From positions 1 through 64,000 of the IMG/VR virus record IMGVR_UViG_3300023184_000042: 64,000 nucleotides of DNA; one strand, 5' to 3'. Origin of the DNA: a virus. The notes beneath the pieces were generated by a model. The model was not told the DNA's origin. It worked only from the letters and a program-made list of their open reading frames with translations, and made no database searches. Position numbers and translations under genes: made by a program. Shown here piece after piece: positions 39,201 to 47,078 of the stretch; positions within the stretch are counted from its first letter, which is position 1; each line of letters opens with the position of its first letter.

Positions 39201-39277
39201 GCGGTGCTGGTGTTTAACGGTTAGCATATGAGTCTTCCAAACTCGAGGTAAGGGTTCGAATCCCTTGCGCCGCTCCA
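39201..39277 (+). tRNA. tRNA-Gly(TCC)
   Basis: cloverleaf, loop CTTCCAA, CCA encoded. Confidence 0.9.
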
Positions 39278-39282
39278 ATATT

Positions 39283-39363
39283 GGGATGCTTCAGTCACTG
39301 GTGTGATAAGCGGTCTGTAAAATCGTTCTGTAAGAGGGTATGGTTCGATTCCATAGTGTCCCA
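39283..39363 (+). tRNA. tRNA-Tyr(GTA)
   Basis: loop CTGTAAA, long variable region, odd D arm. Confidence 0.8.
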
Positions 39364-39375
39364 CAAATATTAATT

Positions 39376-39447
39376 GGGTTGGTAGCTCAGAGGCAGAGCG
39401 GCTGTTTGTTAGGCAGCGGGTCGAGATTTCGAAATTCTCCCAGCCCT
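39376..39447 (+). tRNA. tRNA-Asn(GTT), atypical T arm
   Basis: loop TTGTTAG; T arm GAGATTTCGAAATTCTC. Confidence 0.75.
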
Positions 39448-39453
39448 CAAAAT

Positions 39454-39524
39454 ACGCCAGTAGTGCAATGGTAGCATCTCGGTCTCCAAAACCGATGGTG
39501 GGGGTTCGAATCCCTCCTGGCGTG
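39454..39524 (+). tRNA. tRNA-Trp(CCA)
   Basis: loop CTCCAAA. Confidence 0.9.
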
Positions 39525-39555
39525 CGAATTAAGTGTGTAACGTAAATTAGAGATT

Positions 39556-40062
39556 ATGAATAAATATCAAAAAACGCTTGTCGTAGATTCAAGCTTTATG
39601 GCGAGATCTATTATTAGTGCAGAGAGAGCATTTGTGATTTCTTATAAAGGTAATGCTGAAGTTGTTTCTGAACATCCTGAAACTTTTGGATTGGTTAATC
39701 CAGAGTTAAAGATTAATAAACCTTCTATTATACGTGTTTATAAGTATGTTAAACAGCATATTCATAAAGTGCCTTTAACAAGAGAAAATGTTTATAGAAG
39801 AGACAATTTCGAATGTGTATATTGTGGATGTTCAAATATCAAGTTGCTAACTTTAGATCATGTTATACCTCAATCAAAAGGAGGTCAAAACTCTTGGGAC
39901 AATTTAGTTACTGCATGTAAATTTTGTAACTCTGAAAAGGCTGATTTAACTTTGGAAGAGTTTGGTAAGGAAATTCCCGAACCAAAAAGGCCTCATTATT
40001 TAATGTTAATGAAGCAAGTAAATTATATACCTAAAGAATGGGAGTCCTTTCTATTCTTTTAG
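39556..40062 (+). CDS. HNH endonuclease within the tRNA array
   Basis: RRDNFECVYCG..LTLDHVIPQSKGG..WDNLVTACKFCN. Confidence 0.9.
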   Translation: MNKYQKTLVVDSSFMARSIISAERAFVISYKGNAEVVSEHPETFGLVNPELKINKPSIIRVYKYVKQHIHKVPLTRENVYRRDNFECVYCGCSNIKLLTLDHVIPQSKGGQNSWDNLVTACKFCNSEKADLTLEEFGKEIPEPKRPHYLMLMKQVNYIPKEWESFLFF

Positions 40063-40068
40063 AATTAA

Positions 40069-40135
40069 TTGGAATTAGCTTATAGTAAAGCAGCAGGGGC
40101 TAACCTGTAGAACGGATACGAGAACCGATTCCAAT
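40069..40135 (+). pseudogene. degenerate tRNA-like element with a CTA-containing 6-nt loop
   Basis: TTGGAAT/ATTCCAA, D stem GCTT/AAGC, GCAGG-GGCTAA-CCTGT, no TTC. Confidence 0.45.
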
Positions 40136-40141
40136 TAAAAT

Positions 40142-40213
40142 GCCTTGGTAGCTCAATGGTAGAGCACTTGTTTTGTAAACAAGAAGTTGCAGGTTCGAGT
40201 CCTGTCCTCGGCT
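40142..40213 (+). tRNA. tRNA-Thr(TGT)
   Basis: loop TTTGTAA. Confidence 0.85.
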
Positions 40214-40219
40214 CAAAAT

Positions 40220-40293
40220 GATGATATAGCTCAATTGGTTGGAGCACCTCGCTGATACCGAGGAGGATATAGGTTCGAGTCCTATTATCATCA
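40220..40293 (+). tRNA. tRNA-Ile(GAT)
   Basis: loop CTGATAC. Confidence 0.9.
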
Positions 40294-40304
40294 CAAATAT
40301 ACTT

Positions 40305-40380
40305 CTGGTAGTATAGGAGTCCGGTTTATCTAGCCTACCTTGGATGTAGGAGCACGCAGGTTCGAATCCTGCCTATCAGA
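40305..40380 (+). tRNA. tRNA-Pro(TGG)
   Basis: loop CTTGGAT. Confidence 0.85.
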
Positions 40381-40448
40381 CAAATTTTCTTTTAAGAAGG
40401 TTAGGATTAATCAAAAGAATTCTTTATCTTTATGTAAGAAAATAATTA

Positions 40449-40519
40449 GCCCTCTAGGCTTTAAAGTGAAGCACCTAGCTTTTAACTAGGGAAAGAAGGA
40501 GCATTACCTTCAGGGGGTA
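40449..40519 (+). tRNA. tRNA-Lys(TTT), non-canonical T loop
   Basis: CCTAG-CTTTTAA-CTAGG; T arm GAAGG-AGCATTA-CCTTC. Confidence 0.7.
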
Positions 40520-40578
40520 CACAGATGAGATTGTTATTAATTCATAGAGCTACATATTGCGAGCATAGAATTAAATTT

Positions 40579-40649
40579 GCCTCGTTGGCGTAATGGAAGC
40601 GTATTTCTTTTACATGGAAATGGCAGTGGTTCGATTCCACTACGAGGTA
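40579..40649 (+). tRNA. tRNA-Val(TAC)
   Basis: loop TTTACAT. Confidence 0.85.
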
Positions 40650-40655
40650 CAAAAT

Positions 40656-40729
40656 GTCCTTTTAGCTCAGCTGGTCAGAGCAGCTCGCTCATAACGAGAA
40701 GGTCACAGGTTCAAATCCTGTATAGGACA
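40656..40729 (+). tRNA. tRNA(CAT), elongator Met or Ile2
   Basis: loop CTCATAA. Confidence 0.85.
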
Positions 40730-40737
40730 CAAAAATT

Positions 40738-40809
40738 GGTCTATTGGTCCAGGGGTATGGATGTCTGCCTGTCACGTAGAAGACTCGGGTTCGAATCCCG
40801 AATAGACCG
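40738..40809 (+). tRNA. tRNA-Asp(GTC)
   Basis: loop CTGTCAC, G73. Confidence 0.9.
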
Positions 40810-40848
40810 CAAATGGTTTTGAACTTTTTCTTTATGTGTTTGTTTTTG

Positions 40849-40959
40849 AGGCATTTGACTTTCCATGCCAGTTAGCTTATATGCTGTGTCATGGATACCG
40901 AAGGAAGCTGAGTAAAAATGTAAATGCCTTTATATGAGAAGCCTGGTTTCGAGCCAGGC
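40849..40959 (+). ncRNA. candidate pseudoknotted spacer RNA
   Basis: AGGCATTT/AAATGCCT, TCCATG/CATGGA, crossing TTAGCTT/AAGCTGA, 3' hairpin GCCTGGT/GCCAGGC. Confidence 0.5.
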
Positions 40960-40962
40960 AAT

Positions 40963-41035
40963 GGGTCTTTGGTATAGCTGGTGCGTACGTTAGTCTGAAG
41001 AACTAAAGGAGCAGGTTCGATTCCTGCAGGACCCA
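40963..41035 (+). tRNA. tRNA-Phe(GAA)
   Basis: loop CTGAAGA. Confidence 0.9.
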
Positions 41036-41045
41036 CAATTTAATT

Positions 41046-41113
41046 GCCGAGTGGTCAGGGACCGGAGATGGCTCATATCTATTTCTAGAATGGCTCGATA
41101 CCATTACTCGGTA
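41046..41113 (+). tRNA. compact non-canonical tRNA(CAT)
   Basis: GCCGAGT/ACTCGGT, D arm GGTC-AGG-GACC, 7-bp anticodon stem, T loop CTCGATA. Confidence 0.6.
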
Positions 41114-41120
41114 CAAATTT

Positions 41121-41192
41121 TGGGTTATAGTGTAACGGTTAGCACAAATCACTTTGGCTGATTTAGTCTAGGTTCGAATCCTAGTAACCCAA
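41121..41192 (+). tRNA. tRNA-Gln(TTG)
   Basis: T1-A72, loop CTTTGGC. Confidence 0.9.
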
Positions 41193-41202
41193 CAAAATAC
41201 AT

Positions 41203-41276
41203 GGTGATTGTAGCTGAATTGGTAAAGCACCTGATTGTGGTTCAGGCGATTGTGGGTTCGAGTCCCACCCTTCACA
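41203..41276 (+). tRNA. tRNA-His(GTG)
   Basis: G-1, loop TTGTGGT. Confidence 0.9.
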
Positions 41277-41370
41277 CGACGACGCCCAGAGGACGTAAGT
41301 CTTGGTTAGAGATTTATTCTTACAGACTCGGTACCTAAAGCTGAGCGGCTATTTGAAAGAATAGCTTTAT

Positions 41371-41458
41371 GCGCCTGTGGTGGAATGGTAGACACGTTGG
41401 ACTTAAAATCCAATCCTCAGGATTGGGGGTGCCGGTTCGAGTCCGGCCTGGCGTACCA
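41371..41458 (+). tRNA. tRNA-Leu(TAA)
   Basis: loop CTTAAAA, long variable arm, CCA. Confidence 0.9.
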
Positions 41459-41460
41459 AT

Positions 41461-41548
41461 GGAAAGTAATGCAACTAGGAGTTGTCACTGTTTGCTAAAC
41501 AAGTGGTCCGGGAAACTGGATAGGGTTCGATACCTTTGCTTTCCTCCA
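41461..41548 (+). tRNA. tRNA-Ser(GCT), bulged anticodon stem
   Basis: loop TTGCTAA, long variable arm, CCA. Confidence 0.75.
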
Positions 41549-41556
41549 TAATAAAT

Positions 41557-41629
41557 GCCTCTATAGCATAAATGGAAATGCAACATCCTTCTAAGATGTT
41601 AAATGGAGATTCGAATTCTTCTAGGGGTA
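41557..41629 (+). tRNA. tRNA-Arg(TCT)
   Basis: loop CTTCTAA. Confidence 0.85.
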
Positions 41630-41748
41630 CAATAAGAAACAGAGTAAAGCCTGGACAGCGAAAGCAGGGTAGTTTTTAACTTGGACAGTTTCTTTTAGCA
41701 GTTTAAGAGTCAGAGCTGACTTCTGCTTATCAAAAATGCTCTGCCACT

Positions 41749-41822
41749 GCCCGAGTAGCCGAATTGGTATAGGCGCTAGACTTAGGATCTAGATTTTGCG
41801 AGTTCGAGTCTCGCCTTGGGTA
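41749..41822 (+). tRNA. tRNA-Leu(TAG), short variable loop
   Basis: loop CTTAGGA; variable region only ATTTT. Confidence 0.85.
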
Positions 41823-41828
41823 CAAAAT

Positions 41829-41900
41829 GCTCTTATAGTTTAATTGGAAAAACGTTTGGCTACGGACCAGATGATATAGGTTCGAGTCCTATTAGGAGTT
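41829..41900 (+). tRNA. tRNA-Arg(ACG)
   Basis: loop CTACGGA. Confidence 0.85.
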
Positions 41901-41907
41901 CAATAAT

Positions 41908-41978
41908 GGCGTGATGACCGAATGGTTAGGTGCAGGTCTGCAAAACCTGTTATGCTGGTTCGATTCCAGCTCGCGCCT
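41908..41978 (+). tRNA. tRNA-Cys(GCA)
   Basis: loop CTGCAAA, U73. Confidence 0.9.
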
Positions 41979-42044
41979 CAAAATAATTTTAAATAATATT
42001 AGGTTCCTCCAAAAGGGTATCTTATATTTATGAAGAATTAAAAG

Positions 42045-42134
42045 GGAAGGTTGGCAGAGTTGGTCTATTGCACCGGTCTTGAAAACCGGAGAGCGTGTAA
42101 AAGCGCTCCGTGGGTTCGAATCCCACATCTTCCT
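42045..42134 (+). tRNA. tRNA-Ser(TGA)
   Basis: loop CTTGAAA, long variable arm. Confidence 0.9.
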
Positions 42135-42140
42135 CAAATT

Positions 42141-42212
42141 GGCCCTATCGACTATCGGTTAGGTCGTCAGGTTTTCATCCTGGAAAGTCGGGTTCGATTC
42201 CCGGTGGGGCTA
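42141..42212 (+). tRNA. tRNA-Glu(TTC)
   Basis: loop TTTTCAT. Confidence 0.9.
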
Positions 42213-42220
42213 CAAAAAAA

Positions 42221-42292
42221 GGGGTTATAGTGAAATTGGCATCACGATAGATTTGCATTCTGTTATTCCGAGTTCGAGTCTCGGTAGCTCCA
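42221..42292 (+). tRNA. tRNA-Ala(TGC)
   Basis: loop TTTGCAT, G3:U70. Confidence 0.9.
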
Positions 42293-42326
42293 CTAATTTA
42301 TTAACAAATACTAAATATTATCTATT

Positions 42327-43238
42327 ATGAAAAATTCATTATCTACTAAAGGGTTATCTTTGTCTCAAGCACAATCAATCTCTAATTTGTGTAACCAGAG
42401 ATCTATCGAATTGTCTAATACATTGTCAGATGTTAATAACGTTGAAAAGACGTTGACAATTGGTTCTGACACTTATATTGAAACTCCAGCAAAACCTTTA
42501 CCAGGTAACGTAGCTGAGTTAATTCAAGAAAAAGCGAGACTTGCTGCTACTCAAGCTTTTTTAATGGAAAATATCAAAGCGAAAGATTCTTTGATTAAGT
42601 CTATTCAAAAAGAGCAATATTATGCTTCAGCTCCGAGACCAACGTCTCCAGAGTATGTTGAAATTGATTTAAAAGAACTTGTTTCTGAAGAGTGGGCATG
42701 GAATGAATTATCAGCTGCTGAGTATAATGAATTTTTAGAAGCGGAGGCTTATGCAGCGCACATCGGTCAATTTATCCATAAAGGAGGAACTTTAGATCGT
42801 TTAAGAACAGAATTGCCAAAAATTAAAACTTTGGAATTCATGGAAATTGAAACAGGAAAGAAAACTCCTATGAAAGTAGCAGTTCATCACACTTCCGCTC
42901 AATTGCTTTCAATACATGAAGAGTTAGCAAATACTCATAGAGAGTATGAGCAAAAAGTAAATTACTTCAAGTCAAAAGTAAAAAATGCTGTGACTAAAGA
43001 AAATGCTCGAATTGCAAATGAAAATGCCGATGTAGTAGCAAAGGCAAATGAAACTAACCAAACTTTGCGAGACGAATTCAGAAAGTTAAATGAAGAATGG
43101 AACGCTTTCGTAAGAAAAGAAACTCAAGAATTTGAGGCTAAACGCCAAGGAAGAATTGAAGCTGCAGTGTCTCTTAAAATAGACGTTGCTCCTAGATTCC
43201 AACCAGTAGTGGATGAGTTTCTTAAAACAATAAAATAG
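42327..43238 (+). CDS. alpha-helical/coiled-coil protein of unknown function inside the tRNA array
   Basis: 303-aa ORF, E/K/A-rich heptads. Confidence 0.75.
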   Translation: MKNSLSTKGLSLSQAQSISNLCNQRSIELSNTLSDVNNVEKTLTIGSDTYIETPAKPLPGNVAELIQEKARLAATQAFLMENIKAKDSLIKSIQKEQYYASAPRPTSPEYVEIDLKELVSEEWAWNELSAAEYNEFLEAEAYAAHIGQFIHKGGTLDRLRTELPKIKTLEFMEIETGKKTPMKVAVHHTSAQLLSIHEELANTHREYEQKVNYFKSKVKNAVTKENARIANENADVVAKANETNQTLRDEFRKLNEEWNAFVRKETQEFEAKRQGRIEAAVSLKIDVAPRFQPVVDEFLKTIK

Positions 43239-43244
43239 AAAAGT

Positions 43245-43583
43245 AGTTATGGTACTGAAAGGATAAGCAAACGCCGATACCTGGAAGTTTAATATCGGGA
43301 GGTGTAAAGCAATTTATACTTACAAAGATATAAGATACAAATCAACTTTTAATTGATTATAGGCCCCGTGCCTATACAGCCAACTCGCTTCTGTTACAAA
43401 TTAAACCAAACTGAGATAGAACTCAATAGCTCGACATGTTACTCCTAATGGGAGATTAAAAGTGGCCAGCGAACCGAGACTTAGTTTTTGTTTTTGTCTT
43501 TGCTGTAACGGAAGGTCTTTGACATTGATTTTGATTTTGATTTAGTCTATATACTTTATTCTCCCGATAACATAATTATTACC
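43245..43583 (+). ncRNA. candidate ~340-nt structured ncRNA with hexamer repeats
   Basis: TATCGGGAG (43293) / CTCCCGATA (43561), CTTCTGTTACA (43388) / TGTAACGGAAG (43504), several hairpins. Confidence 0.65.
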
Positions 43584-43590
43584 AATATAC

Positions 43591-43663
43591 CGCGGGGTAG
43601 TGTAAGGGTAGCACGAAGGGCTCATAACCCTAAAGTTCGGTTCGAATCCGGCGACCGCTACCA
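43591..43663 (+). tRNA. initiator tRNA-fMet(CAT)
   Basis: C1 mismatch, GGG/CCC anticodon stem, CCA. Confidence 0.85.
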
Positions 43664-43670
43664 ATAAGTA

Positions 43671-43705
43671 AAATGCATTGAAGAAATTCAGTGCATTTCT
43701 ACTGA
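43671..43705 (+). terminator. terminator ending the tRNA array
   Basis: AAATGCATTGAA/TTCAGTGCATTT followed by CTACTGA. Confidence 0.65.
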
Positions 43706-43782
43706 AAAATACTTTGGAAATGATTAGGACGTTAATTAAATTATACTTATCTTTATGTATAGAAATTAGAAATAGACAAATT

Positions 43783-44744
43783 ATGAGAACATTAAGATTA
43801 TCAATCGCTATCCAAAGTCATTTAAGTGACGCCTTATTTGAAATGAGTTTCAATCCTGAAATGGCAGAAAATCGAATTCATTTTGTGAAAACGTTAATTA
43901 ACCTGTATCCTAATACCGATGTAGAAGTTGAGGAAGCAGAATTGACTAGAATTTATAAAGAACGAATTTTAGGAATTGTTGAAAAATAAATTGAAAAAGA
44001 TTAGGACATAAGAAATATTATCCTTATCTTTATATATAGAAATTAGAAATAATAAAAATTTAAAAATTAAAAATTATGTATTTACAAGTAACGAATTCGA
44101 AATTAGCAAAATTTAACCAAATTGGTACCACTTCAAGTAAATTGATGTCAGACTTAGCAAATATGGGTTGGAAATTATCTGACTGTAAAGTGTCTGAAAT
44201 TAGAAAAGAATTAGTCGAAGCCAATTATAAATGTGTAGATGGTAAGACTTCAAAAAGATTTTCAGTAAAGTAATTTAACCCAAATAAATTTAAAAAGTAT
44301 GAAAGCTCAATCAATCCAACCAGGTCAGACAAATACTATTAGTTTTGGTAATTTCGCAATAGTTTTAGAAAAAGAACAGTTACATTATTATTCAGATGGT
44401 GAAATTACCAGAGTAATTGATGTAAGCTATGAGTTCAATTATAAAGATTTATTTGATTTAGGAACAAGAATTGCTACCAAGAACACCTTAGGTGCTGTGA
44501 AGTTTGTAAATAAAAGAGATGTAGTAAAAAATTCTAAATAATGAAGAAATCAAGTTATAGAGTAGTCCCAACTCAGCACGAAAAATTTGGTGCGTGTTGG
44601 GCTATTAAACAAGGTAAAGTAGTTGTAGGTACTTTTATTAGTAAAATAAAAGCCGATCAAAAAAAGATGGCACTAGATGCTTTAGAGCAAGAAGATTTCC
44701 TTTTAGGTAAGACAATAAATCAAGAATTAAAAATAGAATTATAA
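43783..44744 (+). CDS. four small early hypothetical proteins (43783-43989 start revised, 44076-44273, 44299-44541, 44541-44744)
   Basis: follow promoters 43724 and 44001. Confidence 0.55.
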
Positions 44745-46057
44745 TGGCGTATGCAGCAATAGTCACTAGACTTAAAAATGTAAGACCGCATTCCAATGCT
44801 GATAAGGTGCAATTAGCAACTTGTCAAGGTAATCAGGTCGTAGTAGGATTAGACAACAATGAAGATGCTTTAGGAGTTTATTTTCCTACCGATGGGCAAT
44901 TATCTCATGAATTTTGTTTTGCTAACAACTTGTATCGTAAAGCAGAAATGAATAAATTTCCAGACGAGAAGCCAGGTATGTTTGACGAGAACCGAAGAGT
45001 TCGAACACAAAAATTCAGAGGTGAAGTGTCAGACGGTTTTTGGGTTCCACTTCATCAATTTGGGTTTATTCAAGTTACTGGATTAGACGTTGAAGGTTTT
45101 GAATTTACTGAATGGAAAGGAATTCCTATCTGTGATAAGTATATCAACCCAAACACTTTGAAATTAGCTAGAGAGAACCAAGGTAAGAAATTAAGAACTG
45201 CAAAGTCCTCAATTATGTTCAAAGAACATTTTGATACTGCCCACTTTGGTAAGCACGTTCATGAATTTAAACCAGGTCATAGAATTGTAGTTACTGAAAA
45301 AGTACATGGTACTTCTGGTAGAGTAGCAAGAGTTCAAGTAGATAAAAAATTATCTAGACGAGATAAGATTGCTAAATTTTTCGGAGCTAATGTAGAAGAA
45401 AAAGAGTGGACTTACCTTAATGGAACTCGAAGAGTTGTGTTAGAAGAAACTTCTGGAACTCAATATCATGACCCAACAATTAGACAAAAAGCGTTTTCTT
45501 TGTTCAAAGACAATTTAAGAAAAGGCGAGTCTGTGTTTTTTGAGATTGTAGGTTATGAATCTACCGGAGCCGCAATTATGCCTTCAGTTGATACAACTAA
45601 ATTAGGAGATAAAGAATTTTCTAAATTGTTTGGAAAGACAATGTCTTACTCTTATGGGTGTGAACCAACAGAACATAAAGTGTATGTGTATAGAATTACC
45701 AACACCAATGAAGATGGTCAGTCTGTTGATTTAACTTGGGATGATGTTAAGACTCGTTGTGAAGAGTTAGGAGTAAATCATGTTCCTGAATTGTTTATAG
45801 CTTCTATAGAAGTAATTGCCGCATATTCTAAATCTAAAGATGACAGAGATATTTATAACTTATTAACTGAAATTGTAGATACCGCTGCTAAAGGAGCTTC
45901 TGTAATTGATCCTTTTCATATTAGAGAAGGTGTATGTGTTAGAATTGATAATTTTGGTATGACTCCAAAAGTGTACAAACACAAATCTTTTGAGTTTAAA
46001 GTGTTAGAAGGTATTGTAAAAGATACAGGAGTTGTTGATATGGAAGAATCAAATTAA
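44744..46057 (+). CDS. RNA ligase (DRB0094/Rnl-like, N-terminal OB-like domain)
   Basis: PHSNADKV, KFRGEVSDG, VTEKVHGT, FFEIVG, REGVCVR, KHKS. Confidence 0.85.
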   Translation: MAYAAIVTRLKNVRPHSNADKVQLATCQGNQVVVGLDNNEDALGVYFPTDGQLSHEFCFANNLYRKAEMNKFPDEKPGMFDENRRVRTQKFRGEVSDGFWVPLHQFGFIQVTGLDVEGFEFTEWKGIPICDKYINPNTLKLARENQGKKLRTAKSSIMFKEHFDTAHFGKHVHEFKPGHRIVVTEKVHGTSGRVARVQVDKKLSRRDKIAKFFGANVEEKEWTYLNGTRRVVLEETSGTQYHDPTIRQKAFSLFKDNLRKGESVFFEIVGYESTGAAIMPSVDTTKLGDKEFSKLFGKTMSYSYGCEPTEHKVYVYRITNTNEDGQSVDLTWDDVKTRCEELGVNHVPELFIASIEVIAAYSKSKDDRDIYNLLTEIVDTAAKGASVIDPFHIREGVCVRIDNFGMTPKVYKHKSFEFKVLEGIVKDTGVVDMEESN

Positions 46058-46063
46058 TATAAT

Positions 46064-46600
46064 ATGAAAGAAGAAAATTCAATTTTAGACACTTATATGG
46101 CAGGATTACAAGGAAGTGATATGAGCTCTATAATGTCGACAGAAATGTTTAGGAAAATTTTAGAAGTTGCTAATGAAACTGTTGAGTTCAATACTAATAG
46201 TATGCTGTATCATAAATTGCAGCAACTTAACAAATTTATTGCTGGAAAAGTTAGTGAATCTAGACCAGGTATTGATGACACTATTTGGGTGACGACGATA
46301 GATGGTAGGCCAGGCAAAATGTCTTTAACTTCTGCACAATTTTTAATTGAAACTAATTTGAAATTAGCAGAAGCATCTAAAGAGTTTAAATTAGATACTA
46401 CCGTGGCTCATAATATTGGTCAAGTGTCAAAATCTTTAGGCTTTAAATTTCAAGAAAGTAAAGTACCGTCTGATTTAGATTATGGTTCTTTATTTCATAA
46501 GTTTAAATACTTAACTGATTATAAGCGAACTCCTTCACAAAATTCACATATTCCAATTTCAGAAGATATATTAGAAAATAATAATGATGGCATTGGTTAA
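46064..46600 (+). CDS. hypothetical protein
   Basis: ORF track. Confidence 0.5.
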   Translation: MKEENSILDTYMAGLQGSDMSSIMSTEMFRKILEVANETVEFNTNSMLYHKLQQLNKFIAGKVSESRPGIDDTIWVTTIDGRPGKMSLTSAQFLIETNLKLAEASKEFKLDTTVAHNIGQVSKSLGFKFQESKVPSDLDYGSLFHKFKYLTDYKRTPSQNSHIPISEDILENNNDGIG

Positions 46601-46610
46601 TTTATTGATA

Positions 46611-46640
46611 ATGCAGTCGGGTAATTCCGGCTGTATTTTC
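46611..46640 (+). terminator. intrinsic terminator
   Basis: ATGCAGTCGG/CCGGCTGTAT plus TTT. Confidence 0.65.
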
Positions 46641-46708
46641 ATACGTTAAGCCGTCTAACGCCTACGTAAATTAATTAAACTAAGCTCCAAGGATAAAAGA
46701 TACACAGA

Positions 46709-47044
46709 ATGATAAATTACACAAAAGAAGAGATTAAAACAATAGAAAAATATAAAAGAAGAGTGCATAAACAATATCCAGGCGCGTTCTTAACGCAAAT
46801 TAGAAAGGGGTATTATTCTATTGTGCAAGAAAAAACCGATTTTTCTGTTGTAGATGTTTTAGAAGAGCAATTGATGCCTGCTCAAATCAGTCCATTATTA
46901 GCTTGGGAAACGGCTCAGCTATCATGTAGAATATCACAAAATTTGAATAGAACTCATCCAATGCGAGCTGAAGGTAGAAATATGGCAGATAAAATTGCTA
47001 AAAAATTAAAACCTGAATTTAATTCGCGAAATTCAAATGATTAG
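46709..47044 (+). CDS. hypothetical protein
   Basis: ORF track. Confidence 0.55.
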   Translation: MINYTKEEIKTIEKYKRRVHKQYPGAFLTQIRKGYYSIVQEKTDFSVVDVLEEQLMPAQISPLLAWETAQLSCRISQNLNRTHPMRAEGRNMADKIAKKLKPEFNSRNSND

Positions 47045-47078
47045 GATATTTATTTGTATAACCAATTAGTTACATTTT

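Noticed and set aside
40100-42137. ORF-track entries 40100..40294, 40577..40822, 41369..41551, 41892..42137
   Set aside because: Shadow ORFs over tRNA genes
43245-43583. tmRNA, or a retron/DRT ncRNA
   Set aside because: No GGGG 5' end or T-arm/CCA 3' end, and no reverse transcriptase (YxDD-type) gene recognisable in the window
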